From positions 164,301 to 228,300 of the forward strand of contig MNCI01000520.1 of assembly GCA_015680685.1 (NCBI GenBank): a DNA stretch of 64,000 nt, written 5' to 3'. Positions 37,884 through 50,737 of the stretch are shown here, piece after piece. Within the stretch, counting starts at the first letter, position 1; each line of letters opens with the position of its first letter. The stretch is from Gnetum montanum (taxonomy: Eukaryota > Plantae > Gnetophyta). The notes beneath the pieces were generated by a model. That model was not told the DNA's origin and did not search any database. It saw only the letters and a list, made by a program, of their open reading frames with translations. The translations under genes were made by a program, and so were the position numbers.

Positions 37884-39942
37884 TGAAACACCATTAATTT
37901 CAAGCTCTTGTGACTTAGCATCAAATTTTTCTAAGTGTTGAAAATTCGACAAACTTTCTCTAAGTCTAGTGTTACGCTATGTAGCATAGATAATATAGCA
38001 CCCTGGAAGTCCTAATGTTTGCAAAAATTTTTCTAAGTCTCCCTGCTATGCTCCCTAGCATAGTTAGCATAGCATCCATTTCCATGGCTACTTTGCACAA
38101 ATGTTAACCCGGAAGTGGTCAAAAGGGCACTGAGGATGGACTAAAGGGTTTAACAAATTTTCTATCTTTCGAGCCATCAAGCTTGCTACACTCTCCAACT
38201 TGCCCAACTTGACACATGTCCTGGTTGCCAGTCCACCCAGGTGCTAGGCTAGGAGTTGTTAAAAGTGCTCAAGATGGACGAAACAATTCAGAAAATTTTT
38301 TATCTTTGGACCTATTACACTCTACTACACTAAACAACATAGATAGCATAGTAGGAATTTTGCACTCGAATCTTTCTAAGTGTTGGACCAGACATGGAAG
38401 GTGTGTTTGGCAATTTTTCCACTTTTGAGGCTACCCGACCTGCTTCATCCTCAGAGTGTGATTAACGTCCAATGGAAAAACATTGCAAGTTCTATCAAAA
38501 TTCATCTAAAAATTTGTGTTATGCTCTACTACACTGCATAGCTTAGACAGTGTAGTTGAGGTGCCATGGTCAAAATTTTCCAAGTATGAAATGAGGGAGT
38601 ATTAGGTTATTTTGATAGGGAAGGTGCATTTTTATGGTTACTAAAATTACTTGTCTTGCTAAATCCTAGAGTGAAATTTTCAATTTTGGAAAAATTCTCT
38701 AGAAAATGGGTGCTATGCTATGTAGCATAGACAGCGTAGTGAGCCAAAACTCTAAAATCTTTCTATGTGTTTACGCTACGATTCATTAGGCTGGGCAACG
38801 TAGATAGCATAACAGTTGGAAAACACCTCCAAATGCCTCCAAAAGCTTCTATAACTCAGCATCGACCTTCATTTCAGCCTTGGCATATCTCTGATGGCCA
38901 AGATCAGTAGTTCACTTTGTTTTTGCATCTCCTGTTGATCCTCAAAATTGTCTCTATGGTTGACCCTACTCAAAAGAGGAAAGACGTAGTCCCAGAGCCT
39001 AGGCTCCAAGTTGCATGTGTTTTGGAAATTTTTTTAGGTACATGGTAGTTCTTTAGACTTTGGCACATGCAGTTTGGGCAATATGGTCACAGTTTGGCAG
39101 ATTCTTAGTCCTTGTTCTTGTCCTATTGAGTGTAGCACCATTGAGCTTAACACTTTGAGCATAGCACATCAGTGTGACACACTTACATTCATGCTATGTG
39201 TGACCTAGGACATGTGGCATCCAATCCACATCTCCCAGAAATCCTAGCTCTATAAATACCCCAATAATCAACATTTTAAGGGTTGGCTTTTGTAGTTGGC
39301 TTTGGCAGAAGACTAGAAAGTAAAAGGTTGGTGAGCGGAAAATCTTGGCATTAGAGCATTCCAAACATCTGCCCCACTCTCACACTTGAGCATGACACCT
39401 GCACCCCACACCTACATAGCATAAAAACTATCAATCCAGTAATCTTTATCTCCTTTGCATCTATCAACACCACATATGCAGCGTCCCAGGGACTATGACC
39501 ATATTGCCTCGTTGCCCCGATGTGCTTGCCTGACACTGTGTATTATTTGTATACATCATTTAATTAGAAGTCACATTTCCCAATTTTGGGGTAGTGCATT
39601 TCCTCACCTAAACTCTTATTTCATTTTCCTACAGCACATATTCTAAACTATTAGTGCACTTGTTTATTTCTATTGTTAATATGCATTAAGATATGCACAT
39701 TGATATACTCTTTCCATTATACATGTTATGTTTATGTTTGTGTCAACTCCTACGTGTGACACTCTAAAAACACTATTTGTAAATGGTTATTAGACACCAT
39801 GTAAGTCGTTGTTTGATCGACCATATCTTTTAGGACACCCTGCTTCCGTTCTCTCCAACACAGCTCTCCCACAGACTTGGGGTTAAGCTATACACTTGAT
39901 GACCTCTTGGTGTTCCATCCATTGATGTTTTTAGATGCTACA
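37884..39942 (+). repeat. 3' LTR of element E
   Basis: Colinear with 20081-22140. Confidence 0.92.
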
Positions 39943-40544
39943 AATTTAGAGAGTAAATATAGAATTTTATGGGGTAGAGATGCATTTTTTGATGTTTATC
40001 TTTACTATTTTATTTGTAGAAGGTATGAAATATTGTTTGAATGTAACTATAAGATTATAAGTCTTGTTGGAAACTTTTGTTAACTTTTTCTCTTTCTTTG
40101 ATAGTCTCTTAACATCAACAATAGGTGTGATATTTGGGTTATTCTATGATGGAAAAACTTGTAAAGAAATTGTCATGACATTCACTATTAGCTTCTTGTC
40201 ATTATATACCAAGTATGGCTACTTGATCATCTTCCTCATTAGTGTTACAACTGAACTAGTTCTTTCATTTTACCTACTAGACATAATATGGTTGATGTAT
40301 GCAACAATGTTTCCTATTGTCCTCTTAGCAATTACTAATGGAAGATCATATTTCACTATAGTTAGTATTTCCTTTATAAAATCATCCATGAAGAGATTTG
40401 AGATTAATGAGCCATCTTGCATCTTAAACATTTTAGGGCCCTTGATCATTTCAACTTGCAACTCAACAATCTATTCTATTATTCTTTCTCTACAATAAAT
40501 AACAATCCTGATACATTGGTACACATGAGATTCCTTATTTAGAT

Positions 40545-40965
40545 TCATGGAGTAGGTTCACTTTGCTAATTGATCATCTTTAAATACTAAATCTAGATAT
40601 TATGCAAGGGAAAAAAATTTTAGCTAGAAAACAAGGAAAAGTAGTTATATTCAATTATTCAATTACAAGATTATAATTGGGTTCTCAAAACCCACAAATG
40701 TCTAGAACCTTTCACACTCAATGATGTTACAGGTCATGAGGCTTTATAATCACACAATGGCTATTCTCAATGCAAGACACAACTAATAGAGAGATTCTCT
40801 CACAATCCAAGAATGAGATCTTAACTTACAAGTAATACTAGAACACAAAGGTCTACATAATTAACATTAGGGATACAACCTCTATGTACTTATTCAATGT
40901 GATCTTCCACACCTTGTCCAAGCTCTCATCAACTCAAGAACTCTCACTAAAAAATATTATCTCAC

Positions 40966-41014
<49 letters not shown>

Positions 41015-41589
41015 GGTACCAAAAATTGTAAATTACATCAATATTTATGACTAAGAAGAAGACAAGAAACTTACAAACCTTTCCTCAACTTAACTTGAGA
41101 TCTTCAAATGTTTTCATAGTCTTCTCACCTTCTCCTCAGGTTGTTTCTATCCTTTTTCAAATTACCTAGATTATTTCTCAAATTGGAATGGATGATTTTG
41201 GAAGTTTCCTTAGCCGTATAGGTTGTCTCTAGCCTTGGCAAGACATCTCCTAATAAAAAATAGCTTTTGGGGAAGATGTCTACTATTTTTGGAAGACATC
41301 TCCCTCCTAGACAAGACGTCTCCTCTTGGGGTAAGACATCTTACCCTAGACGTCTTCTAGATTGAAAAGATGTCTTCCCTTAGACATCTCCTCTCAAGAT
41401 AAGACATCTCCTCTAAGAAATCTCATATTCAACTAAGATGAATTTTCTAATGTCAAGACTTCTCTTGCATAATTTCAACTCCTAGATAAGATGTTTCCTT
41501 AATGTCCAAGATATCTCCATAGAGCCTAAAACCTATAAAACACACATGTAGGAAAGAATAAGGTAATTAGAAGAGGTTTTCCTACCCCA
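40545..41589 (-). repeat. 3' LTR of element C, containing (TC)n and AGACATCTC repeats
   Basis: Colinear with 56509-57495. Confidence 0.85.
40969..41012. repeat. (TC)22 microsatellite
   Basis: Seen directly; the sister LTR has a shorter tract at about 56934-56952. Confidence 0.95.
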
Positions 41590-41609
41590 ACTCTTCCACC
41601 CTTCAAAAC

Positions 41610-42602
41610 ATAAACTCAGGTGAACAAGGAAGTAGGGTTTAAAATGATCTCCCACTCATGAAGTTTGATCTCATGGATTCATACGACATCATCTACTGAT
41701 TGGTTCTCCCAATGGATCAAATATTCATGGCCCTTAACTCCCAAAGTGCTAGAAGCTTTCCTCCACTTGAGTATGATTACCTTCCTCTTAATTAAATCTT
41801 TGACTAATCAAGATCACCCTTCAACTCAATGATGCTACCCTATATAGTTTCCTCATCAACTAGTCCATGATACTACATAAGATCTCAAACATTAACACAA
41901 AAGACATACTAACATCATTTGGTAAATCAATATCAAAAGCATTTTCATTGATCTTAGCCTTGATTTTGAAAGACATCATCTTCTTGGATTTTAAATTAGA
42001 GAATTTAACACCTCTTAAATGCTTCTTTAAGTACATTCAAACCAAATTACCAAAAATAAAATTAGGCTTCTGTTTGTTCTCATTCATCTTGTGGACTCTC
42101 TCTTTAGCCTTCTTCTCAAGATTTGATTTTACTTATGCATAGAAATCCCTCATCTCTTGTAAAAAATTAGTACTAAGTTGAGATTCACCATCAAAGTTCT
42201 TTAACGGATCCAACATCTTTATATAAAACCTTTAGTTTACCTCAAACATACTTTTGTCAATAGCAACATAAAAAGTATTATTGTATGAAAACTCAGCATG
42301 ACACGACACATTTTTCCACTAGTTTGACTATCCATCACATAAACATCTCAATATTTTTAGCAAGAATTTATTTACCACCTTCATTTGGCCATTAGATTGT
42401 GGATGATATGCAATAAGAAATTTCAACTTTGTACCTAAAATATTCCAAAGGAACCTCTAAAAGTGACTTGTGAATTTAGAGTCTCTATTACTAATACTAT
42501 GCAAATTATTTCCATGACTTCACAACATGTTTAAACAAATTTGTAACATGAGAAGCATCACTCATCTTCTTTGCATGTAATGAAATGTGCCATCTTGGAG
42601 AA
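41610..42602 (-). pseudogene. pol: C-terminal part of the element C integrase, with a chromodomain-like tail
   Basis: FSKMAHF at the D junction; AYHPQSNGQMKVVN; KINENAFDIDLP...NV.DL; GHEYLIHWENQSVDDVV*I at about 41675-41735. Confidence 0.75.
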
Positions 42603-45600
42603 TGGTGTAGGGACACCTCTTCCAATCACCTTGTTCTACCCTAGATGTTAAGTGTCTTTCTGTGCTAATTTTCTTGAGGATTATTCCTAGATGTTTTGGC
42701 ATGTTTCAAGGTCGTTTTTTCTTATTTTGATGAGTTTAGAAGGTTCTAGGATCTATTGGAACTTTTTTGGAGGCATTCGAACTCTTCTGCCATCAAAATG
42801 AACATTTTTATTCTTGGCATCTATAGGATAGATGTCTCCCCAAAAAGATAAACATCTTCCCTAAGACATCTCATCTAAAGTGTAGACGTCTTAAGACTAG
42901 AGTAGACATCTACCAAAAATAGTATATGTCTCTCCTAAAAGTAAGGCTTTCACAATAGACATCTACAAGAAGCCAAAGATAACCTAGACACATGGGGAAA
43001 CTTATGAAAATTTCATTTGAATTTGGGAAATAGCCAAAGTAAGATGGACATAGCTAGGGAGAGGGTGAAAAGACTTGGAAAACATCTAAATAACTTTAAG
43101 TTGAGTTGAGGAAAGGTTTCTAGGGTTTTTACATTCTTGTTGCTTATAAATATTGATGTAATTCACCATTTTTGAGAGAAGAAAGAGCATAACCTTGACC
43201 ATGAGTAGGAGAGAAAGCTTGTAAGAGCTTAGGAAGTAGAGCTTGTGCAACGAAGTTGAGTGAGAGGTAAGGAAGAGTACTTGAAAGAGATTAGGAGAAT
43301 CTCTTATAAGTCTTTTGTCTTAATCTTGGGCTCCATTATGAGTAATTAATGATTGAGAGGAGACAAATGTGGCCTCTAAGATCATTGCAAGAGTTGTGAG
43401 TTGAGCTCGGCTCCTCATCTTTGCTATATTTTATATGTATTTTGATAATTATCTTAATATAAAGGATATTTTGTCCATTTTATTTTGTTGTGCTTATTTT
43501 ATAAGCTAGATCTACCTGGAAGTTGTGGATTGGGTCCTACTAAGGTATATTGAGATGTAAACCCCTACACCAAATTGGTATCAAAGCCAAGGTTTGGAGG
43601 TTTCCATAATTTTATGTTGAAGCTTGATGTTTTATTTGAATGAAAAGAGCATTTTTGTGGATATTTGTGAATTTTCTTTTGGATTTGATTCTTGTTGCCT
43701 TAGGTATGGCTCCAAATAAGAAGACATATCAAGAGCTTAGACAAGAGCTTCAAGACTTCAATGACTCCTTTAAACCTTTTATGACTAAGATGCAAGAAGT
43801 TATTCCAAAAGAAAAGATCCACAAGCACCAATATTTTGTAGAAACTTCAAAAAGAGATATGGAGAAATTTGAGACTAACATGGAAAATATTTTGAGGATG
43901 ACTTGAGAGAATATCTTCTAGCCAATAAGAAGGAAGGAAAGATGAAACATCTAGTGAAGTGGAGATCAATGAGAAAAGGAGTTTTCAAGTATCTCTTATT
44001 GAGAAAGGAAGTGCTCAATACTCAAGGTTTTGAAGGGAGGGAACCAAGAGCTTCATCAAGGGGACTAAGAGATCTTCAAATTCCAAGATGGTTTATGTTA
44101 ACGATCAAGAAGAATTCTTACCTTGTGAGTCATGGGAGGGAAAGAATAAAAGCCAAGAAAGTGGTAAAGATCAAGATACTTCTTCAAGTAGGATTAAGGG
44201 TAGAACTAGAAGGTATGATACTCATTATTTTTACAATTATTCTATACATCATGGAAAGGGAAGAAGATTCTAAGTCAAGTTAAGTCTATCTCATGGGAGA
44301 GAGATGAGTATTCTAGCCAAGGTATGTGGAAGAATGATTACTTTTACGATGTTTTTATTGAATATGATGTTAAGGCCATGGAGGAGACTTTACCTTTCAA
44401 TTTGGTACCTCCAAAGTGGGATGAAGAACTTGTTGATGACTCCTTTCAAGAGGAGAAGCTATTAGAATTGGGAATTCCTATTTGGGATCTTGAACCTTCG
44501 AGATTTGAGGAGGTTGGATAGCCACATGTTAAAGATCAAGTTGAACCAAAGATGGATGGGAGAAGCCATGAAGAGGTAAGTAAGAGTGAGCTTGACCTTA
44601 TTGATGGTAGTAATGTCTCTCATGTTAAGGCTAGTATAATGGATGTTAGTTTTTCACTTTGGATTAGTAGTGGTTTGTTCAATGGTAATGATGGGCATCA
44701 TGATCATTATGATGATTGTGATGGGCTTGAGAGTAAGTTGTGACTTTTGATGCCATTGTGAGTAAGAGGAAGACTAATAATGGTAATTAGTTTGAAGATG
44801 ATGGCTATTTGAATAGTCATTGTGAGAAGGTCATTATTGATATCAGTGAAGACATTGATAATGATATGATTTTCTAGACTTTGGAGATGCTTGCTATTTA
44901 TTATAGCAATCATAAATTTATGAAGTGTAATGATGGATTTTATTTTCTTGGCTGTAAATTGAAAGTGTAGCATGAAGGAAATCTACATGGTGGTGATGAA
45001 ATGAAGCTAAGTGGTAGCCTTCCAAACACCATGATGAGAGAAAAAAAGCAATGAAAAGATGTTGGATTAAGAAAGACTAATCCTTTTTCTTATTCTTTAT
45101 TTGTTTCAAGGTTGAGTCATCATGGGGATGCAAGGGAAGCATTTCAAGAAGATGATAAATTAAATGAAGCATGGTGGGACATAAGGATAAGTCTCCATGA
45201 GAAAGGGAATAGCAAAACCAAAACCTCCAATGATATTTATTCTCATGTTTGTAATGAATTGAGTCATGGTTATTGTGATGCCCTTGAGTCGTGGGGGCAT
45301 GGTGCCTTCCAACTTATGAAAGGTCATGAAGCATGACATTTTTAAGGGTGGAAGAGCTAGTGTAGGGACACGTCTTTCAATCCCCTTGTTCTACCCTACA
45401 TGTTAAGTGTCTTTTTGTGTTGATTTTGTTGAGGATTATTCTTAGAAGTTTTGGCATGTTTCAAGGTGTTTTTGGCTTATTTTAATAATTTTAGGAGGTT
45501 ACAATATCTATGGGGACTTGTTTGGAGGCATTCAAAGGCTTTTGACATCAAAACAAGCATTTTTATTTTTGGCACCTACAGGATAGATGTCTCCTCAAAA

Positions 45601-46348
45601 ACATAGACATCTCCCCTAAGACATCTCACCTAAAGTGTAAACATCTCAAGACTAGAGTAGATGCCTATCAAAAATAGTAAACATCTCTCCTGAAAGAAAA
45701 GCTTTCATAGTAGACATCTACATAAAGGCAAAAATGACCTAGATGCATGGGAAAACTTCCAAAAATGTTTTTGCAATTTGGGAAATGGCCAAAGCAAGAT
45801 GGAAATAGCAAAAAAAAAGATGGAAATAGTTGGGGATAAGGTGAGAATACTTGGTAAACATGTAAAGAAGTTCAAGTTGAATTGAGGAAAGGTTTCTAGG
45901 ATTTTTACCTTCCAATTGCTTATAAACATTGATGTAATTCACCATTGTTGAGAGAAGAAAGAGCATAACCTTGGCCATGAGAAGAAGAGAAAGCTTGTTA
46001 AAGTTAATGAAGAAGAGCTTGTGCAAGGAAGTTAAGTGAGAGGCAAGGAAGAGCACTTGAGAGAGATTAGGAGAATCTCTTATAAGTGTGTTGTCTTGAG
46101 CCTGGGCTCCATTGTGAGCAATTGAGGATTGAAAGGGAACAAGTATGGCCTCTAAGATCCTTGGGATAGTTGTGATTTGAGCTTGGCTCCTCATCCTTAC
46201 TATACTTTATATGTATTTTAAGAATTATCTTAATATAAGGAAAATTTTCTCCATTTTGTTGTGTTGTTTTTATTTTCTAAGCTAGATATGCTTGAAAGTT
46301 GTGGATTGGATCCTATTGGGGTATATTGAGGTGCAAACCCCTACATTA
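42603..46348 (+). mobile_element. Element D: non-autonomous LTR element related to C, inserted antisense into the C integrase
   Basis: LTRs at 42603-43572 and 45358-46348; PBS TGGTATCAAAGCC (43576-43588); PPT AAGGGTGGAAGAG (45344-45356); TSD GAGAA/AAGAA; about 1.8-kb interior without pol motifs. Confidence 0.88.
43706..45336 (+). pseudogene. Decayed acidic/charged ORF in the interior of D (function unknown; start resembles a gag N-terminus)
   Basis: Chain of + frames starting MAPNKKTYQELRQEL; C gag starts similarly (MEPKKKQV). Confidence 0.4.
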
Positions 46349-49300
46349 AAGAACTTGGCAAGAACAAAAAAAATTATATCATTCTCAATGTTGGTTATTG
46401 AAATTCCACTCATAAAATTCATAGACACATTTTCCCATGGATCCTTGGGAATTGGCTAAGGCATATAATTTCCATCCATTCCTTTATCTCCTTTAAAATT
46501 TTGCTAAATCAAACACTCCACAAATTTCAAAAACATTAGTTTCCATACTAGGCCAAAAATAGTCTCTATCCATAAGTTCCAATGTTTTATCCCTTCCCAT
46601 ATAATCTTCCATTCCACTATAATGCTTTAAAACAAAAACCTTTTTCTAAAATCACCATTATAAACACATACCTTTTTATTTTTAAATAATAGTTGATCTT
46701 GAATATGATAGTCCCTTCACTGGTCCATCCTACTCATCAATGGTTCTTTGAGGCTCATCCAAACCTACCCAAAATTAACATCATGCTCATACAAAGAAGT
46801 AAAATCATTTATACCTTCTACATGAGGTACACTGAAATTCACCACATTCACCCTGGACAAAGGATCAGCCACCACATTGGTTTTCCTACTTTTTTTCTTT
46901 AAAAAAATTAAACTTCTGTAACTATGCAATCCATTTCATGTGCTTTTCACTCAACTTCTTTGTGAGTTTACAAATTAAAGTACTTTGTTATCATCAAGAT
47001 GAACTCCTTAGGCAACAAGTAATGCCTCCAATGCTTTATTACTTGAAGAATAGCATACAAAACATTCTCATATATGCTATATTTTTCTTTGACTCATTCA
47101 ACATTTTAGAAAATAAAGCAACAAACATACCTTCCTTTGAAAGTACCCCACCATTGACAAGTCCACTTGCATCACCTCTACTTGAAAAAGCTTCTGAAAA
47201 TTTGAAAGTATAAGTATTGGATCACTAGTAATCTTTGCTTTTAACAATTCAATGCTCTCTTGGGTTTCATTATCCCATGTAAAATATTTATTTTTCTTCA
47301 ACAAAGAAAACATAGGTAACAAAATATCACTAAATGTTTTTATGAACCATCTATAAAAACTTGCTAAACCAAGGAATGATCTTACCTCCCCAACATTCTT
47401 AACAGTTGGCCAATTCCTAATGGCCTTCACCTTAGTAGCTTCCATTCAAATTTGGCTTCTAGAAACCACATGTCCCAAATATGTGATTTTACTCTTGAAG
47501 AAATGACTTTTCTTCACATTGATCACCAGTTATGCCTCCTCCAACATAAGACGCACCATCCTCAAGTAATCCAAGAACTCTTCTTCATTAGAGCTATACA
47601 TCAAAATACATTAAAAAAGATAATACAACACTTGCCAATCAAGTCCTTCAATACATCATGAATCAACCTCATGAATGTAGCAGATGTATTCATGAGCCAA
47701 GATGGCATCATTAACCACTCAAAAAATCCATCTTATGTCTTGAAAGCTATCTTCTACTCATCACCAGGTCTAATTCTAATTTGATGGTAATCATGTTTTA
47801 AATCTATTTTTCTAAAAATTGTGACATTGGTAAGGCATCAAGGATATCATCCATCCTTAAAATAGAAAACCTATACCTCATTGTTATCCTATTCACTACC
47901 CTAGAATCAATGCACATCCTCCATCCATCATTATCCTTCTTTGGTACTAGCACTACTAGAACTGCACAAGGTGAAATGGATTTTCTCATGAAGCCATTTA
48001 TAACTAACCCCTCTACTTACCTTAGAAATTCAACCCATTTATTTGGTATCATTTGGTAAGCTCTTTCATTTGGAATGGTAGCACTAGGAAAGAAATCAAT
48101 CTAATGTTGTAAATTTTTCATTGGTGGTAATCCATTCAATTTTCCTTTAAACATCTTGGAAAATTTCTCTTTCAAACCTACTATTCATGTAGGAATTTTA
48201 ACCTGCACATCATCATGCTTAGTAGCAATTATTGTCAAAACAATAAAATAAAAACATATTTTATCATGTTCTTTAATATATTACTTCTTTGTTAGAAGGA
48301 TTAAGAAATCATTAAGTGATCTTTGTTATCTCACTTATTCAATTGCTATTGAAATCAACTCATGGATTTCATCAAGTCTAGCTACACTCCACACATTTCT
48401 TGCTTCATGAAACTAAGCACCATTGTCAAATCTCCAAGGTCTACCAAGAATTTCATCAACAAAATCTATTGGAAGTACATCAGACTTACAGCATCATGAA
48501 AACCTTCAGTTTTAAATTTCAAAGTAAACTATTCCATCACATCTTGGGAAAAATCTCTTGACAATCAATACATTTTATAAGGTCTAGGATGAGGATTAGT
48601 CACCAACCCAAATCTAGAAACAACCCTAAAATAAATAACATTTTATTAGGCTCCCTCATCAATTAAAACATGAATCTATTCGCCACTAAGCAAACATATA
48701 GCCCTAATTTAAAACAATATTTTTTTATTAGGATGATCTCCTCTATTTACATTCTGCATGATCACACAAGAATTTAATTTAGAAATATCATCCATTTTTG
48801 GAGTATTAGAATTATCTCTTTAAAGACCTTGGCTTGAACTCTCTTCAACCTCCATGGTTTGTACATCCTTGCCCTTGGTTCTCTTATGAAGTGGACATTT
48901 CCATTACTTGTATCCATACTCTTCGTACTTGAATCACTAAATTGTTAATGAGCTACTACCTTGATATTTGCCTTCCTTACCTTGGTCCTTCTTGGCATTG
49001 TTCTTCTCATCACATCTTTTAGTCTTCTTATCATGGTTTTCATCCTTGTCTTCAAGTTTTTCAATCCCTTTTCAAATTTAGATCTCTTCTCCTTCCTCTT
49101 GGAATTTTGTTTGCTACTATTTCCAAATTCACTTAATTTATTCTCAATCTTAAGTATCAAATTATAAGCCTCATTAAGAGTTTGTGGTCATAAAAAGATA
49201 ACCCCTACTAGTATGTCATTTTGAGACCTCCTAAAAAGATTGAAGCCTATTCATAATCTTCCTAGTTTAGCTTAGCTTGATGGAATAGATCACAAAATTC

Positions 49301-49699
49301 AATATATAATTCTTTGACATCCCTATTACCTTGACTTAGGAATTTTAACTTCATAATGGCTTTTTATCTTTAGCCAGATTGTTTAAATTTTCTTTTCAAC
49401 CTATATTTCATCAAATCCCAATCTCTAATAGGTTGACTATTTCATCTTTGATAATCCTGGGACTCCTTTTTCCACTAAGTAGAAGTCATACCTTTTAATC
49501 TAGATTCAGCAATAGGTACCCTCTAGTTATTTAGTACCTCTTCTAGCTAGAAATAATTTTCAAATACCTTTAGACAAATCACAAAAGAATTAGTGCCATC
49601 TACACCATTGAAAGTGTTCAACTCCATGTACAGAAGTCTTGTAGGATTTTTGAATACTCTAGTAATCCTTGCCTCATCTTCCTTGTCAAGCTTGCTTGG
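46349..49699 (-). pseudogene. gag-pol: gag (3' part), protease, RT, RNase H and integrase N-terminus of element C
   Basis: ORF 47804-47989 (RT); ORF 47098-47445 KVKAIRNWP...VRSFLGLASFYRWFI; ILGRPW protease motif at about 48435-48452; PWENVSMNF integrase start at about 46415-46440. Confidence 0.85.
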
Positions 49700-50737
49700 T
49701 GATGGGACGCGATATCGCATACACGATATCGCAACCCACCGTCAATTCTATAAATAAGAGGTGGCTCTCCCTTGTTTCTTCATCTAGATCTAGACCTTAG
49801 CTAAACTCTTGTCATTTTCCAATTCTAGAGTTAGAATAATTTCCATGTGTCCACAGTAGGAGTCCCAAAGTGAATGGATGTTTATTCAAGCAATTCTATA
49901 CCTGAGCACACAATTGTGTACGGAAATAAAGACAAACTTTTGGATAAACCTTACAGTATATGGACTAAGCTAAATAGGAATTTAATTATTTTTAATTTTT
50001 TAAATGCTTTCTTAAGGACTTAATCTCTTTCAACCCTCAACTCTCATAGTTAAGTGCATTCAGTACGACTGCTTCGAGCATGTGCGTTACACTTGGTAAT
50101 CCCAATAACGAATAGCGTTTGGTAACCCCAGCAGCGTTGCATTGGTTTAGGGTGTGAAACAGCAAGTGGGAAGGGATACTGATGTTAGGATAATTAAGGA
50201 ATAGTTAGTTAAAGGTAGTTACTTAGTCTCTTCACCCTTTCCTCTCTTAGCATAGGTGATAAAAGAGAAAATATATAAAAATCACATACCTCGAACTCAA
50301 CCATACAAAAATAACAAATACAAGTGAGTTTGGGAGGACATTGACTGATTAACCTTAGGTGTTCCATAAGGTTTTTAGGCACTTAGTTTGCAGAGTTTGA
50401 TGGGATCGTGTGTGTAACACTCGTATTCTTATGGTTGAGTGTAGGGGTACCTCGCCACTCATCATTGGCACCGTTGCCAGGGACTAAGTTGTTTGTGTGC
50501 TAAGTAGAACATAGGAAATCATCCACATCGTTGGGAAGCTTAAAAAAACCCTTAGGGTTAATCATAAGAAAAATTAAAACAATGGTCAATCAGCACACTG
50601 AATAAGAAACAATGTCTTCTTCTTCTCATAAAAGCATTTTACCACCTAGGGATCACACAAGAGACACTCGGTGGCACAACATACATAACCAAGAATTACT
50701 AGTTCCTCAAGAGTATCGGGTAGTATATACTCATCAT

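Larger units (their letters stand above)
20081..39942 (+). mobile_element. Element E: full-length but decayed Tat/Ogre-like Ty3/gypsy retrotransposon, about 19.9 kb
   Basis: LTRs of about 2.06 kb (TGAAACACC...GATGCTACA); TSD GATTT/AATTT (4/5 match); tRNA-Asn PBS; PPT AAAGAGGGGC; domain order gag-PR-//-RT-RH-aRH-INT. Confidence 0.92.

Noticed and set aside
40064-40498. 144-aa hydrophobic, membrane-protein-like ORF on +
   Set aside because: Antisense shadow of a Lys/Ile-rich minus-strand frame in AT-rich DNA; no independent support.
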